A DNA stretch of 64,000 bases from an uncultured Gammaproteobacteria bacterium (GCA_963748215.1 CAVVHS010000008.1:128001-192000); one strand, 5' to 3'; shown: positions 10,475 through 20,982, counted from the first letter of the stretch. A program made the numbers and translations. Notes: generated by a model from the sequence alone, not told the origin.

Positions 10475-11233
10475 TTACTCAACGGGGCCGGGCAGCGGCA
10501 TGCTGATGGCCGCGACCAGGCGCTCGGCACGCTCGAAGTGGCTGCCCTTCCAGTAGATCTGCCCGCATTCTGTACAGCGCCGGAATTCCTCATAGTATTT
10601 GCGCGTCTTTGGCTGCAGTTCGGCCACGACCGCCTGCTTGTCGACGATTTCCAGCACACCGTTACAACGCGTGCAGCGGGTAAAGGGTCTGACCAGGCTA
10701 TACAGGTCCAGCCTGGCGAGCACCTCCCTCACCTGCGTGCGGGGCTGATCGGCGCGCACGAAATACCCATGCGTAATGATCCGCTGCTGCAGCAGGGCAC
10801 GGTCGCGGGTCAGCACGATGCGCGACTCCTCGACCGAAATCCGCGCGATCTCGATGTCTGTCAGGTCGTTCCCGTAGCGACTGTCGAATCCCAGCAGGCG
10901 CAGATAGCGCGCCAGCCGCCCGAGATTGACGTCGACGACGAAGCGTGGTGTGCGCAGTGGTGCGGGGCGCAGGCGGATGACCGGGCTGATATCCATACCC
11001 TCGAAGACCGGATAGACGCTGATACGGTCTCCTGCATTGACGATATAGGAAAAATCGACGGATTCGCCGTTGACCAGGATCAGGTCCACCTCGGTATGCG
11101 GCACGCCGAACGATTCGATCATGTCCTTGATCGAAGTGCGCCGGTTGCAGGCATGTACGATGTCGCTCCTGCGCAAGGCGGGCGCGAGGAAATCGTTCAG
11201 CTCCGCGTAAAAACGCAGGGTTACCTCGGCCAT
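10475..11233 (-). CDS. Ubiquitin-like + Mut7-C RNase (PIN-like) + Zn ribbon protein
   Basis: RFYAELNDFL...GVPHTEVDLILVNG (Ub-Mut7C), D.NLGRLARYLRLLGFD, LTRDR, RCTRCNG/CTECGQIYWKGSH. Confidence 0.92.
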   Translation of the reverse strand: MAEVTLRFYAELNDFLAPALRRSDIVHACNRRTSIKDMIESFGVPHTEVDLILVNGESVDFSYIVNAGDRISVYPVFEGMDISPVIRLRPAPLRTPRFVVDVNLGRLARYLRLLGFDSRYGNDLTDIEIARISVEESRIVLTRDRALLQQRIITHGYFVRADQPRTQVREVLARLDLYSLVRPFTRCTRCNGVLEIVDKQAVVAELQPKTRKYYEEFRRCTECGQIYWKGSHFERAERLVAAISMPLPGPVE

Positions 11234-11288
11234 TCCTCCCTCGCCCTGCCGGGCCGTGTCCAGGGCCGGCCTGATACATCACCGCCGC

Positions 11289-12444
11289 TCACAGCTCGTT
11301 GAGTTCCACGGACGGATTGTTGAACAGCTTGCGCCTGACCTCGTCAAAATAATCAGGAAGATAGCGATCCCGGATCCGGACCGGCAGCCGGTCGAGTCGC
11401 GGGAAAGGCAACGCCGGGTAGGTGAACAGGAATTCCATCAGGAAACCGACATTCTGTGCCAGCTGCCCGCAATAGCGCGGATTATGGCGCTGCCTGATGA
11501 TCCGCTCCTCGTGCATGCAGCGACCTATCTCGCTCTCCAGCATCTCCAGATAGCTGGTGACGATGATTTCCAGGTTGATGCTTTCCTCGCCGGACTGCAC
11601 GAATTCCCGGAACGCCGCGTTTGCCTGGCCAGGCGTGTAACCATGCGCGCCGAACACCTGCAGCATCCTGTCATGCAGTGGCTCGGCAAGAACTTTGTCC
11701 TTGTCCGGGTGGTAGCCGACGACCAGGTTGGTGGCCCGGTAGTTTCCGTCATGGCGCTCCTGTTCAATCAGCGTACAGCCGCCATCCTGCAGCAGCGATG
11801 TCAGCCGCTCCAGTTCGTGCGTCTCCAGGATCACCTTGAGTCCCGCGACATCGTTGATGGCCTGGCCGTCCGGCAACTGTATGGCGGGATTATCGTGCAG
11901 CAGCACCAGCAGTCGCTGCTCAGCCTGCTGCAGTGCCTCCGGTGCCGCCTCCTGCTGCCACACACCGCCTGCCGATTCCGTGCCGCCACCCATATATAGC
12001 CAGTCCACCAGACGGCGCGCGGTCTTTTCCGCCAGGCGCCGAATGCGCTTGATGCGGCTGGACCCTGACATAGCAGGCGTCACCCTGCCCGTCATGGAAA
12101 TACAGGGTGCCGTGAAACGGCGTGTCGCGAAAATAATGGCCGGGATCACCTGCGTAGGCGGTGGCCAGTTCCGCGCAGCGGGCACAGTGTGACGGCAGGA
12201 TCCTGCTGATCCGGTCCCGGAGTGCACCCTTGGTCGCAACTGTCTCCATGCGCAGAGCTGTACCGTGCAGGCCGGCAAAAAGATCTGCGGAAAAACGGCC
12301 AAGACAGCGTGTAACATAAACATTGTTGAAGTGCACCAGGCGCAGGATTTCATCCACATCACCGGGTTGCAGTGTGTCGCGCATCCAGCGCCGAATCACG
12401 TCACTGAGGCGGTCGCGGTGCAGGAAACTGTTGATACGGATCAT
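11289..12444 (-). CDS. Uncharacterised protein with divergent RelA/SpoT-like nucleotidyltransferase motifs; split by one extra base near 12066
   Basis: ORFs 11920..12480 and 11289..12362 join into one reading frame (...DACYV-GSSRIKRIRRLAEK...) if one base is removed; motifs RIKRIRRLAEK, INDVAGLKVI, GNYRATN, LEIIVT, SEIGRCMH. Confidence 0.55.
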
Positions 12445-13049
12445 GCGGCAGTCATCCGGCGCCAGACGGTAGCCGGCCACAGCGTGTCGTTACAACACCG
12501 TACATTTTGCGCGATCATATACAGCTGCATAAACCATACCTCGCTCGCTTTTCAAACCGGCCTGCTGTTTTGCGGCGATCAACACGATCCCTGCGGGTAC
12601 GCTGTGGCCAGGCGGGTTTGGAACGCTGATTCATCACCCTGCCATGCCGGCTGAATGTCGTCGATCACCTACATTCAGATTTGCATCCTGTGTAAGCCGG
12701 TGATTTCAATGACATCGCAAGTGTATCTGAAACACGACACAGGCGTGCGCACACGTCGATCGGCAATCTTTGCCCGATTTGTGCACAACAAATAAACATA
12801 CAAAACAGCAGACTGCGAATTCTGTGCGAGCGTTTTGCATTCAGCGGCCACTCCGGTCATAACGTCTTCATCCCATCGTCGCGGCCGGCCCGACTGCAAT
12901 TCCGTTGTGACCTGCGCACGGTTTCACGCCTGCCGTACTAAAGCTTTCTACCCGTTGTTTGCTGAAACCCCTTTATTTACTGTATTTGCGCACACACTCC
13001 AGAGCCGGACAAACCGGAACGCCATGCCGACCCCGTGCGCATTTTTTAC

Positions 13050-13065
13050 TGGCACGGACTTTGCA
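13050..13065 (+). promoter_or_regulatory. sigma54 (-24/-12) promoter
   Basis: TGGCAC-GGACT-TTGCA, perfect consensus, about 85 nt upstream of the ATG at 13149. Confidence 0.75.
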
Positions 13066-13148
13066 GACATCCCTGATAAAACATAACTCGCCCACAGGGC
13101 CTGCCGCATGACTGCCGCCGGCACCACATAAACAGAGTAACCTTTTTT

Positions 13149-15269
13149 ATGCTGAAACGATTTCTGGTTTTCCCGTTCGCTCGATTTCTTTTTCTTGCAT
13201 TCATCGCCGCACAATTGTCCGCCTGTGGTGGCGGATCCGGCACTGATACCGCATCCGTTACAGCCACAACCAGCAGCGTCGCCGATGTCACAGATAATGT
13301 CATGCTGGCTGGCAGTGTCGGCGACGGACCCGTCACCGGTGCCACCGTGGAGATATGGAGCACGCAGGGCCGCCTGATCGGCTCCATGAAAAGCGATAAT
13401 ACGGCGTCCTTCAATTCCAGCATCCGCGTCAGACGCTCGAGTTATCCGTTGTTGCTGAAAGTCAGGGGCGGTATCGATCTGGTGACAGGCAGTGCACCGG
13501 ATTTCCAGCTGGTCTCTGTGATGCCTGACCGGCACACGCGGCAGGTCAATATCAATCCCTTCTCGACCCTGATTGTCGGCATCACGCAGTCAATGCCGGG
13601 GGGTATTAATGCGAACAATATTCGTGCCGCACGGAAAATCGTGACAGACAAACTGGGTTTCGGCCTGGATCCGGACGTGATTGCCGACCCGATCAGCACA
13701 AGGATCACGGATCGCAACATTGCCAACCTGGTGAAGGCAAGCGAGGCCATGGGTGAGATGGTACGCCGTACCCGTGACCTGATCGCGACCACCGGCAGGA
13801 AGACCAGCGGTGATGCGGTACTGGCCGCAATTGCCGTGGACCTGCAGGATGGCAGCCTGGACGGACAGGGAACCCGGAACAGTGACCCGGACATCAGCGC
13901 CGTGGCGAAGGTGGTTTCCGGACAGGTACTGGTGGAAGCGCTGGCCAATACTCTGAAAGTCGGAGGCATTATCGCCACGCCTGTCATTGACCAGTCCATT
14001 GAAGCCACCCGTCCCGGCATCAGCAGCGACAATCTGACACAATCTGTACGCATTACCGATGGTATGCTGGAGCAAACGCGGACAGCGCTGGCAGCGGCCC
14101 GGGCCGTGGATTCCAGTGCCGAGGTCGCAGCAATCGAGTCCATCGTCAGCAAAATCAGTGCCGGCACAATGCCCGCAAATATCGCGACTGTCCTGCCCGC
14201 AGATGCTTCGCGTACGCTGGATAACGCCGTACTGCTGTCCTCGACGGCTGACGAAACACAACTCGCCGCTGTCAATGCAACTGGTGTACAGACAGGCAGT
14301 GACAATCACCCCCCCGCAGTACCGCTCCCGACAGAACCGGTGACGACAGCCCCTGTCACGACTGCACCGATAACGACTGACCCGTCCACCACCGGGGTTT
14401 CGTCACGCAGGACCTGGTCACACAGGACCTCATCACGCAGGACCTCATCACGGACGCCGGTTACGACTGAAACCGTCGCGACTGAACAGGTTGCGGCTGA
14501 ACCTGTCACGACAACTCCGGTCGCGACTGAACCGGTTGCGACCAAACCTGTCACGACAACTCCGGTCACGACTGAACCGGTTGCGGCTGAACCTGTCACG
14601 ACAACTCCGGTCACGACTGAACCGGTTGCGGCTGAACCTGTCACGACAACTCCGGTCACGACTGAACCGGTCACAAGCGACCCGGCAACAACCGGCCCGG
14701 TCACTACCGTACCCGTCAACAACGCCCCGGTGATCAGTGGTTCTCCCTCACGCTCGGTGACAGCCGGCACCGCCTACAGCTTCCAGCCGGTCGCCAGCGA
14801 TAGCGACCGGGACACCCTGAGCTTCAGTATCATCGGCAAGCCGGCCTGGGCCAGCTTCAATACCGCAACCGGGCGCCTCAGTGGCACACCGGGCGACAGT
14901 GACGCGGGAACCTACAGCAATATTGTGATCGCAGTGACCGACAGGACCGACACCGCGAGTCTGCAGGCATTCACCATCAGTGTCGTTCCGGCGCAGAATA
15001 CGGTTGGCAGTTTCAACCTGAGCTGGACAGCGCCTGTCGCGCGCGCCGATGGCACGCCGCTGTCGCTGGTGGATATCGGTGGCTATCGCATTTATTACGG
15101 CACCTCATCAGGCAACTATCCCGACACAATCGATGTCAGTGATGGCAGTGCGCAATCGGCGACTGTGAACAATCTTCCGGTCGGGACCTATCATATTGTG
15201 ATGACGACATATGACAGCAATGGACTGGAGAGCGCCAGATCCGCGGAGGTGGCGAAAGTCGCCCGGTAA
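13149..15269 (+). CDS. Surface lipoprotein with P/T-rich linker, putative Ig (He_PIG-like) domain and C-terminal FN3-like domain
   Basis: Lipobox LSA-C-GGG; NNAPVISGSP...Y.FQP.A.D.D.D.L.FSI...P.WA.FNT.TG.LSGTP; LSW.AP..R.DG..L...I.GY.IYYG. Confidence 0.85.
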   Translation: MLKRFLVFPFARFLFLAFIAAQLSACGGGSGTDTASVTATTSSVADVTDNVMLAGSVGDGPVTGATVEIWSTQGRLIGSMKSDNTASFNSSIRVRRSSYPLLLKVRGGIDLVTGSAPDFQLVSVMPDRHTRQVNINPFSTLIVGITQSMPGGINANNIRAARKIVTDKLGFGLDPDVIADPISTRITDRNIANLVKASEAMGEMVRRTRDLIATTGRKTSGDAVLAAIAVDLQDGSLDGQGTRNSDPDISAVAKVVSGQVLVEALANTLKVGGIIATPVIDQSIEATRPGISSDNLTQSVRITDGMLEQTRTALAAARAVDSSAEVAAIESIVSKISAGTMPANIATVLPADASRTLDNAVLLSSTADETQLAAVNATGVQTGSDNHPPAVPLPTEPVTTAPVTTAPITTDPSTTGVSSRRTWSHRTSSRRTSSRTPVTTETVATEQVAAEPVTTTPVATEPVATKPVTTTPVTTEPVAAEPVTTTPVTTEPVAAEPVTTTPVTTEPVTSDPATTGPVTTVPVNNAPVISGSPSRSVTAGTAYSFQPVASDSDRDTLSFSIIGKPAWASFNTATGRLSGTPGDSDAGTYSNIVIAVTDRTDTASLQAFTISVVPAQNTVGSFNLSWTAPVARADGTPLSLVDIGGYRIYYGTSSGNYPDTIDVSDGSAQSATVNNLPVGTYHIVMTTYDSNGLESARSAEVAKVAR
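14481..14670 (+). repeat. About 4 x 45-nt tandem coding repeat (TEPVAAEPVTTTPVT) within a longer 15-nt-period linker
   Basis: actgaaccggttgcggctgaacctgtcacgacaactccggtcacg repeated. Confidence 0.85.
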
Positions 15270-15503
15270 AGGCCTGTCATGAGCCGCAATAGCGGCAGGC
15301 TGACCCGCGGGCAAGCAAGGGAAAGAGAGAGGCAGTAACCCGAACTACTCTCTTTTCTCTTTGGCCATCGTCAAGTGTTTGGAGGTGCCACGCCGCGATC
15401 GGGCGCGGCGACGCAACAGGCAATCCACAACAGCCAGGACAGATGTGTTACGAATGTAACTGGCCTGTCCGGTGACTACACCACAGCCACGACAGCATGC
15501 CGT

Positions 15504-16103
15504 TCATGACTGCATGGCGCGAACCTGCCGGTAGCGGAAGCAACCGGTCACGTGATCGTTCACCAGCCCGGCGGCCTGCATGTAAGCGTAGCAGATGGTC
15601 GAACCCGTGAAACGAAAGCCGTTCGCACGAAGCGCCTTGCTCATGGCATCCGATTGCGTGGTACTGGCAGGCAGCTGCGTGACGGATCGCCAGCTGTTTT
15701 GTCGGCTGCAGCCGCCGACAAACTGCCAGATGAAGGCGTCGAACGAACCTTCACGTTCCTGCAGCTCCAGGAACTGCCGGGCATTGCCGATCGTCGCCTC
15801 GATCTTCTGCCGGTTGCGGATAATGCCGGCATTGCCAAGCAGCGCCTCCACCTTGCGGCGGGTGTAGCGCGCGATGCGCCCGGGATCGAAGTTATCGAAA
15901 GCCGCGCGGAAATTCTCACGCTTGTTGAGGACCGTCGACCAGCTGAGGCCGGCCTGGAAGGCGTCCAGTACCAGGAACTCGAAATGCTTGCGGTCGTCAT
16001 GTACCGGCACACCCCACTCGGTATCATGGTACGCAACCATGAGCGTGTTGCGCCCGGTGTTGCCGGGCCACTCGCAGCGCGGCAGGTCGGGATCGTACGA
16101 CAT
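15504..16103 (-). CDS. tag: DNA-3-methyladenine glycosylase I
   Basis: RCEW, YHDTEWG, FQAGLSW, IIRNRQKI, MQAAGLVNDH...C. Confidence 0.95.
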   Translation of the reverse strand: MSYDPDLPRCEWPGNTGRNTLMVAYHDTEWGVPVHDDRKHFEFLVLDAFQAGLSWSTVLNKRENFRAAFDNFDPGRIARYTRRKVEALLGNAGIIRNRQKIEATIGNARQFLELQEREGSFDAFIWQFVGGCSRQNSWRSVTQLPASTTQSDAMSKALRANGFRFTGSTICYAYMQAAGLVNDHVTGCFRYRQVRAMQS

Positions 16104-16279
16104 GGCGCAAGTATAGCGCCTGTTGATGCCGTTATTGACCAGGCTTGATTCCGGGCCAGGCGCACGATTACCCGCCACCGTTCACCCAACCGTCAATGCG
16201 CTCTGAGCACGTCGATAAACACACAGGGTTGCGCCGCCAGCATCACCCGACCGTTCCGCGCCGGGTTCCGTCATTTTTG

Positions 16280-16293
16280 TTGACCGGCATCAT
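16280..16293. promoter_or_regulatory. Possible FNR/CRP-family box upstream of usp
   Basis: TTGAC-CGGC-ATCAT, 8/10 match to TTGAT-N4-ATCAA. Confidence 0.4.
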
Positions 16294-16443
16294 TGCTGCA
16301 TCAAACGCACTTGTGTTAAGTATATGACAACATGGAAAAAGCGATATGATGCGCATGATGTGCCAGGGGGGCTTGGCACACGGCAGGCACTCAGTACGAA
16401 ACGCGACCACTGTTTGCGTCCTGCAAAGCGGAGGAGGTGTAGC

Positions 16444-17289
16444 ATGCTGGACAGTATTCTTTTACCCCTGGACGGTACCGAAATAGTCTCCGAGACACTG
16501 GATTACCTTCGGGAATTCGGCAAGGGATCGCCGCCGCAGCTGTTCCTCCTGCATGTAGAGGATCCAGCCGGTAAATCATTCACCGGTACCGCTGCAAAGG
16601 CCCATCCCTTACTGGCCGCATACCACGACACGCTGAGTGCCGAAGGCTGGAAGATCAGTGCCGAGTTGCGCAGCGGTGAGCCGGTCGAGGAAATTACCCG
16701 CTACGCCGTCCAGACCAGCCCGTCGATGCTGGTGATGTCAACGCATGGCCGCTCGGGACTGGAACATATTCGCGAGGGCAGCATTACCGAAAATGTCGTA
16801 CGCCAGTCACCCTGCCCGGTGCTGATCCTGCATTCCACACGCGCGGACACCGGCGATGTCAGGCACGAGCACTTGTTCCGTCGCATGCTGGTTCCACTGG
16901 ACGGTTCCGAGGTCTCCGCAGCTATCATGCCTTGCGTGGAAACATTCGCGAAACGCTTCAATGTCGAGGTAATACTGTTCCATGATCACCCGGAGTGTGA
17001 TGCGGTGGCTGAAGCCAGCAAGCGCAGGGAATTTCTTGACCAGCACGGCGTGGAACTGGCGAATGCAGGCATTGCGGTGCAACTGGACTGCTCGACACAC
17101 CGGCGCCCTGCCCAGGAAATCCTCCAGCGTATCGACGAGCTCGATATCGACATCGTTGCCATGGTGAGCCACGGTGCGGGCGGTGAACGCCGCGCACTGG
17201 AGGAATCGGTAACCGCAAATGTCATGCGCCATGCCAACCGACCCTTGCTGGTGTGGTCATCGGACCCGCAGTGTCCGCGCACCGGCTAG
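16444..17289 (+). CDS. Tandem-domain universal stress protein
   Basis: Two (I/M)L(L/V)PLDG domains, VMSTHGRSGL...GSITENVVR..PCPVL; RBS ggaggagg. Confidence 0.92.
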   Translation: MLDSILLPLDGTEIVSETLDYLREFGKGSPPQLFLLHVEDPAGKSFTGTAAKAHPLLAAYHDTLSAEGWKISAELRSGEPVEEITRYAVQTSPSMLVMSTHGRSGLEHIREGSITENVVRQSPCPVLILHSTRADTGDVRHEHLFRRMLVPLDGSEVSAAIMPCVETFAKRFNVEVILFHDHPECDAVAEASKRREFLDQHGVELANAGIAVQLDCSTHRRPAQEILQRIDELDIDIVAMVSHGAGGERRALEESVTANVMRHANRPLLVWSSDPQCPRTG

Positions 17290-17399
17290 CGACGCGACCC
17301 GTGCAGCGACCGGCTCATGTCGCCCTGCCCGGCTAAAGTGGTAGTATTGCACCTGGTGGATAAAAAGAGATTCACCGCCTGTCGATGAAAGGGGTAACA

Positions 17400-17711
17400 A
17401 TGATACGTTCCATGCAAACTGCAACCATCCTGTGCTGTGCGGCTCTGCTGTCAACTGGTCCGGCACAGGCCGAAACGTTCGACCGTGGTCAGGCACTGTA
17501 CGAAAACCATTGCCAGACCTGTCACGAAGAACAGGTACACATGCGCTACTCCAGGCGCGCGACCTCGATGGAGGATTTGCGCCAGCAGGTTAGCAGCTGG
17601 AGTTACCATGCAGCCCTCGGCTGGTCTGCCGAGGAAGTTACCGACGTGGTCGATTACCTTGACCGGGAGTTCTATCACTTCGCGGAACCGGCTGACAAAG
17701 ACGCCCGCTGA
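17400..17711 (+). CDS. Small periplasmic monoheme cytochrome c
   Basis: Signal peptide, G..LY...CQTCH, W...EV.DVV.YL...FY.F. Confidence 0.85.
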   Translation: MIRSMQTATILCCAALLSTGPAQAETFDRGQALYENHCQTCHEEQVHMRYSRRATSMEDLRQQVSSWSYHAALGWSAEEVTDVVDYLDREFYHFAEPADKDAR

Positions 17712-18008
17712 ACGAACCACCACGCTGACCGTAGCATCCTTGCCCGGTACCGGGTCGCGCCGCGCGAAGCGGCTGGCGCCTTGCGTCAATCCCTGCCCAT
17801 GAACGGCAGGGGCACTTCCAGCAATATGGCCAGCACGGCGGCCGCGAGAACCACCACCGCGATCACGGTCACAACGACCAGGTGACGCTCAAACTTCAGC
17901 ATGTTCTATCCCCTTTTCCTGTTTGTCCCCTTACGGACCCGGGGATGGCTGCCGGATTACGTGGCAGCGGGAGCATGGACGAATCGTTTCATGCAGCCAT
18001 CCCGCACG

Positions 18009-18932
18009 TCAGGTATGCATTCCCGATGCGCCGGCAGGCGACGTGTCGATGCGTTCGTAATCCGATATAACCTGGGCGCCGAACAGCAGGATGACAGCCG
18101 CCGCTTCGAGACTGAGCAGCAGGATCACCGCCGTGGCGAAGGTGCCATAGATGAAATTGACGATCGACAGGGTGGAAAAATACCATACCATGAAATGCCG
18201 CGTCAGTTCCCAGAGCACGGTCGCCGTAATGCCACCGATCAGGGCATGGTGCACGGCAAGCCGCCCGATCGGCATCACCAGGTAGAGCGAGGACAACAGC
18301 AGTATCTCACCGGTCACGCCCAGCGCGTAGATGATGCCGGCGTTGTGCCCCTGTAGCGACCAGGTATACCCCAGTAGCGTGAACGACTCGTCGTTGACGC
18401 CGTGCAGCATGCCACTGACCGTGCTTACCAGGAACATCCCGAGCGCCAGGCACAGGATATAGCAGTAGGGAATGATTGCCGACACCAGGAAATGCCGGCG
18501 ATGAATCGCCACGCGGTGAAAAAAGATCACCGACATGGCGTTCTCCAGCGTGGTGAAGGCGAACGAGCTGAACAGCAACAGCATGACCACCCCGAGTGAG
18601 CCCACCAGCTTCCAGTCGCGCAGGGACGCGGCAACCTGTGCCGTCAGATTGTCGGCCTGGCCGGGCGCTACCAGCACCAGGTATTCGCGGGTGGTATTAA
18701 GCAACAACTGCACCTCGACCAGCTGCGACAGCGAGATCAGGATGATTGCCAGCATGGGTACGATAGAGAGCAGTGTGTAATACGCCACGGCGCCGGCCAG
18801 CAGGAACCCCTGGTTGGCACGAAAGCCGCTGATGACGCCACTGGTAAATGCCCAGGGATGTCCGAGCACGTAGCGCAGGCGTCCGCTGCCGATGGCAAGG
18901 CGTTGTGAACTGGCTGTACGCGGATCAGGCAT
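18009..18932 (-). CDS. YihY/BrkB family membrane protein
   Basis: AGAVAYYTLLSIVP, multiple TMs, IYGTFA, LLFGAQ. Confidence 0.88.
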   Translation of the reverse strand: MPDPRTASSQRLAIGSGRLRYVLGHPWAFTSGVISGFRANQGFLLAGAVAYYTLLSIVPMLAIILISLSQLVEVQLLLNTTREYLVLVAPGQADNLTAQVAASLRDWKLVGSLGVVMLLLFSSFAFTTLENAMSVIFFHRVAIHRRHFLVSAIIPYCYILCLALGMFLVSTVSGMLHGVNDESFTLLGYTWSLQGHNAGIIYALGVTGEILLLSSLYLVMPIGRLAVHHALIGGITATVLWELTRHFMVWYFSTLSIVNFIYGTFATAVILLLSLEAAAVILLFGAQVISDYERIDTSPAGASGMHT

Positions 18933-18946
18933 GGCCGGCAGCCGGC

Positions 18947-19417
18947 TCAGGGCGTCGTGAACGGCAGGCCGGCTGCCTGCCAGTCCGCCAGCTGCATGTC
19001 GACGGCCACGACACGCGCCAGGCCGAGTTGCTGCAGCGCACTGGCAGCCAGCGCCGAGCGGCTGCCCCAGCCACAATACAGGTACAGTTCGGTGTCCGTA
19101 CCGGTGCGCTCCGGATAGCCGAGGTGGGACCAGATGCGAAACTCGATCACACCACGGGGAATATTGATGGCGCCGGGAATGTGGCCGGCATTGAATTCAT
19201 CGGGCTCGCGGACATCGATGACCAGGGCGTGCTGCGGGTGTTCTGCGATCCTGCCAAGGACCGCCTTGAACGCGGCCATGTCGATGCGGGTCACTCGCTG
19301 CTTCGCGCGGGCGACCAGCTCGTCGACCGCGACCGGCTGCTGCCCGGCTCCCGGGGCAGCCGGCGTGACCAGCAGGGCCAGGCACAGTGTCGCAAACGTA
19401 GCGCTACGAATTCTCAT
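18947..19417 (-). CDS. Exported single-domain rhodanese
   Basis: Signal peptide, IDVREPDEF..GHIPGA, active loop YCGWGSRS. Confidence 0.9.
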   Translation of the reverse strand: MRIRSATFATLCLALLVTPAAPGAGQQPVAVDELVARAKQRVTRIDMAAFKAVLGRIAEHPQHALVIDVREPDEFNAGHIPGAINIPRGVIEFRIWSHLGYPERTGTDTELYLYCGWGSRSALAASALQQLGLARVVAVDMQLADWQAAGLPFTTP

Positions 19418-19590
19418 TGGCCGTCAGTCTCCGCCGGCTGGCACTGGGCGGGCGCCCACCCTGCACCCGTTACTGGCTGTAAGCCTGCCGAATACAGTAC
19501 ACGCCGGCCGTGGTGCTGCCAAGTTCTGAACGGCCAGACGGGCCTGATGACGCATGCCACGCAATGACCGGCGTCGTGCGCACAAGCGGC

Positions 19591-20252
19591 TCAGGGCAGT
19601 TCCCGGGAGGCGCGCAGTGTGTCGCCACGCGCCATGGCATGCTCGACGAGGTGCATGGCGACATCCGCCATGGTCTTGAGCAACAGGAATACCACCAGCG
19701 CCATCACGCTGTTGCCGGCGAACTGGCCGCCCAGCACGATGATCAGGTGCATGGGAATGATGCGCAGGTAGGGAAAGAACATGATGTTGCCGATATTCGG
19801 GACCCGTCCCGCCTCGCGCGCACGGTGGTAGCGCCACGAAAACCGGTGATTGACATAAAACACCAGGATGCAGAGCACGACGCCGAGCAGCGGCTACGCC
19901 ACCGTGAATGCGCGCATCACTCGAACAGGAACACCAGGTAGCCGATGTGAAAAAGCCCGTAGTGCAGCGCAAAAAAGACCGCCGTCTGGCGCTGGGTCGC
20001 GCGCGTCGGCTGCACCGGCCTGTTGTTGATGCGGAAACCCTCGGTCGAGAAACGCTTGAGGCCGAGTATCCGGTGGACATTGAACCAGCCGATGATGACG
20101 CTCTGCCCCCAGTAGATCCACAGCAGCTCGGACAGATTCCAGTGCTGCAGCAAGGCCAGCACCAGCGTCACCAGGTTGGATAACAGCAGCCAGGTCACCG
20201 ACCTGTCGGTCACAAGCCTTCCGCTCGTGACAGGCGTGCTGCCGTATTCCAT
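19591..20252 (-). CDS. DUF6498-like membrane protein, interrupted by two single-base insertions near 19895-19922
   Basis: YW.QS.IIG.FN, FF..HYG.FH..Y and PY.RIIPMH..I motifs are spread over ORFs 19917..20252 and 19591..19878. Confidence 0.65.
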
Positions 20253-20901
20253 GTGCCGGTCTCCGGGATACCGCGTCCGCAGGATTGCTCAGGACTGTAA
20301 TCGGCGCTTGTAGCCGGAAATAAATCTACAGCGCCGAAACGTAGCAGGATCACGCCCCGGCCTGGCGGGGAAACGGTTTGACGAGGGTCAGCACGGCAGA
20401 GGGATTACCGCGAATTTCGCTGACACCCGTGTTTGCCGAAGTGGTAAAGCCGCCATGGCGCAACAGCTGTTGGAGCTTGGCTTCAAAATTGACAGATGTT
20501 TATGACCTCAAGCGTCGTTGCAGCGAGAATACCCCACCATTTATGTGATTCCATCGTCATTTCAGTTAGATACATAATTTTACAGCGATATATCAACTAC
20601 CACCCGTGGAACGGGTGGTATGATGAAATTCTGGAGGGTACGGGTTGTGAAAGCCCTGCAAGTCGTATCTGCATCCGGCGTTTTTCTTCCCGTTCCTGGT
20701 TTTGATGTAGGCCCGTGAAATTCCGCTTCACCTGCAGATACACACGGAAAATACGGACCGCCGACTTGCCTTTCAGCAATCCTGCCGCATGGGCCATACC
20801 GGACTTCGGCGGAATTATCAACCGCAACCCCGGATAACAGCTCCGCCGCAGCACCGGGACCAGGACCGTAACGTGCCAGCAACATGCAATCACCGGCTTT
20901 C

Positions 20902-20915
20902 ATGATTTACATCAA
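20902..20915. promoter_or_regulatory. FNR-type box upstream of the multiheme operon
   Basis: ATGAT-TTAC-ATCAA, 9/10 match, about 70 nt before the ATG at 20983. Confidence 0.6.
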
Positions 20916-20982
20916 GTGGCGGCGCGCGATATGTGGAATATTCCCTAGCTGCATAACAAGACTTTCACCACGACAATCGACC

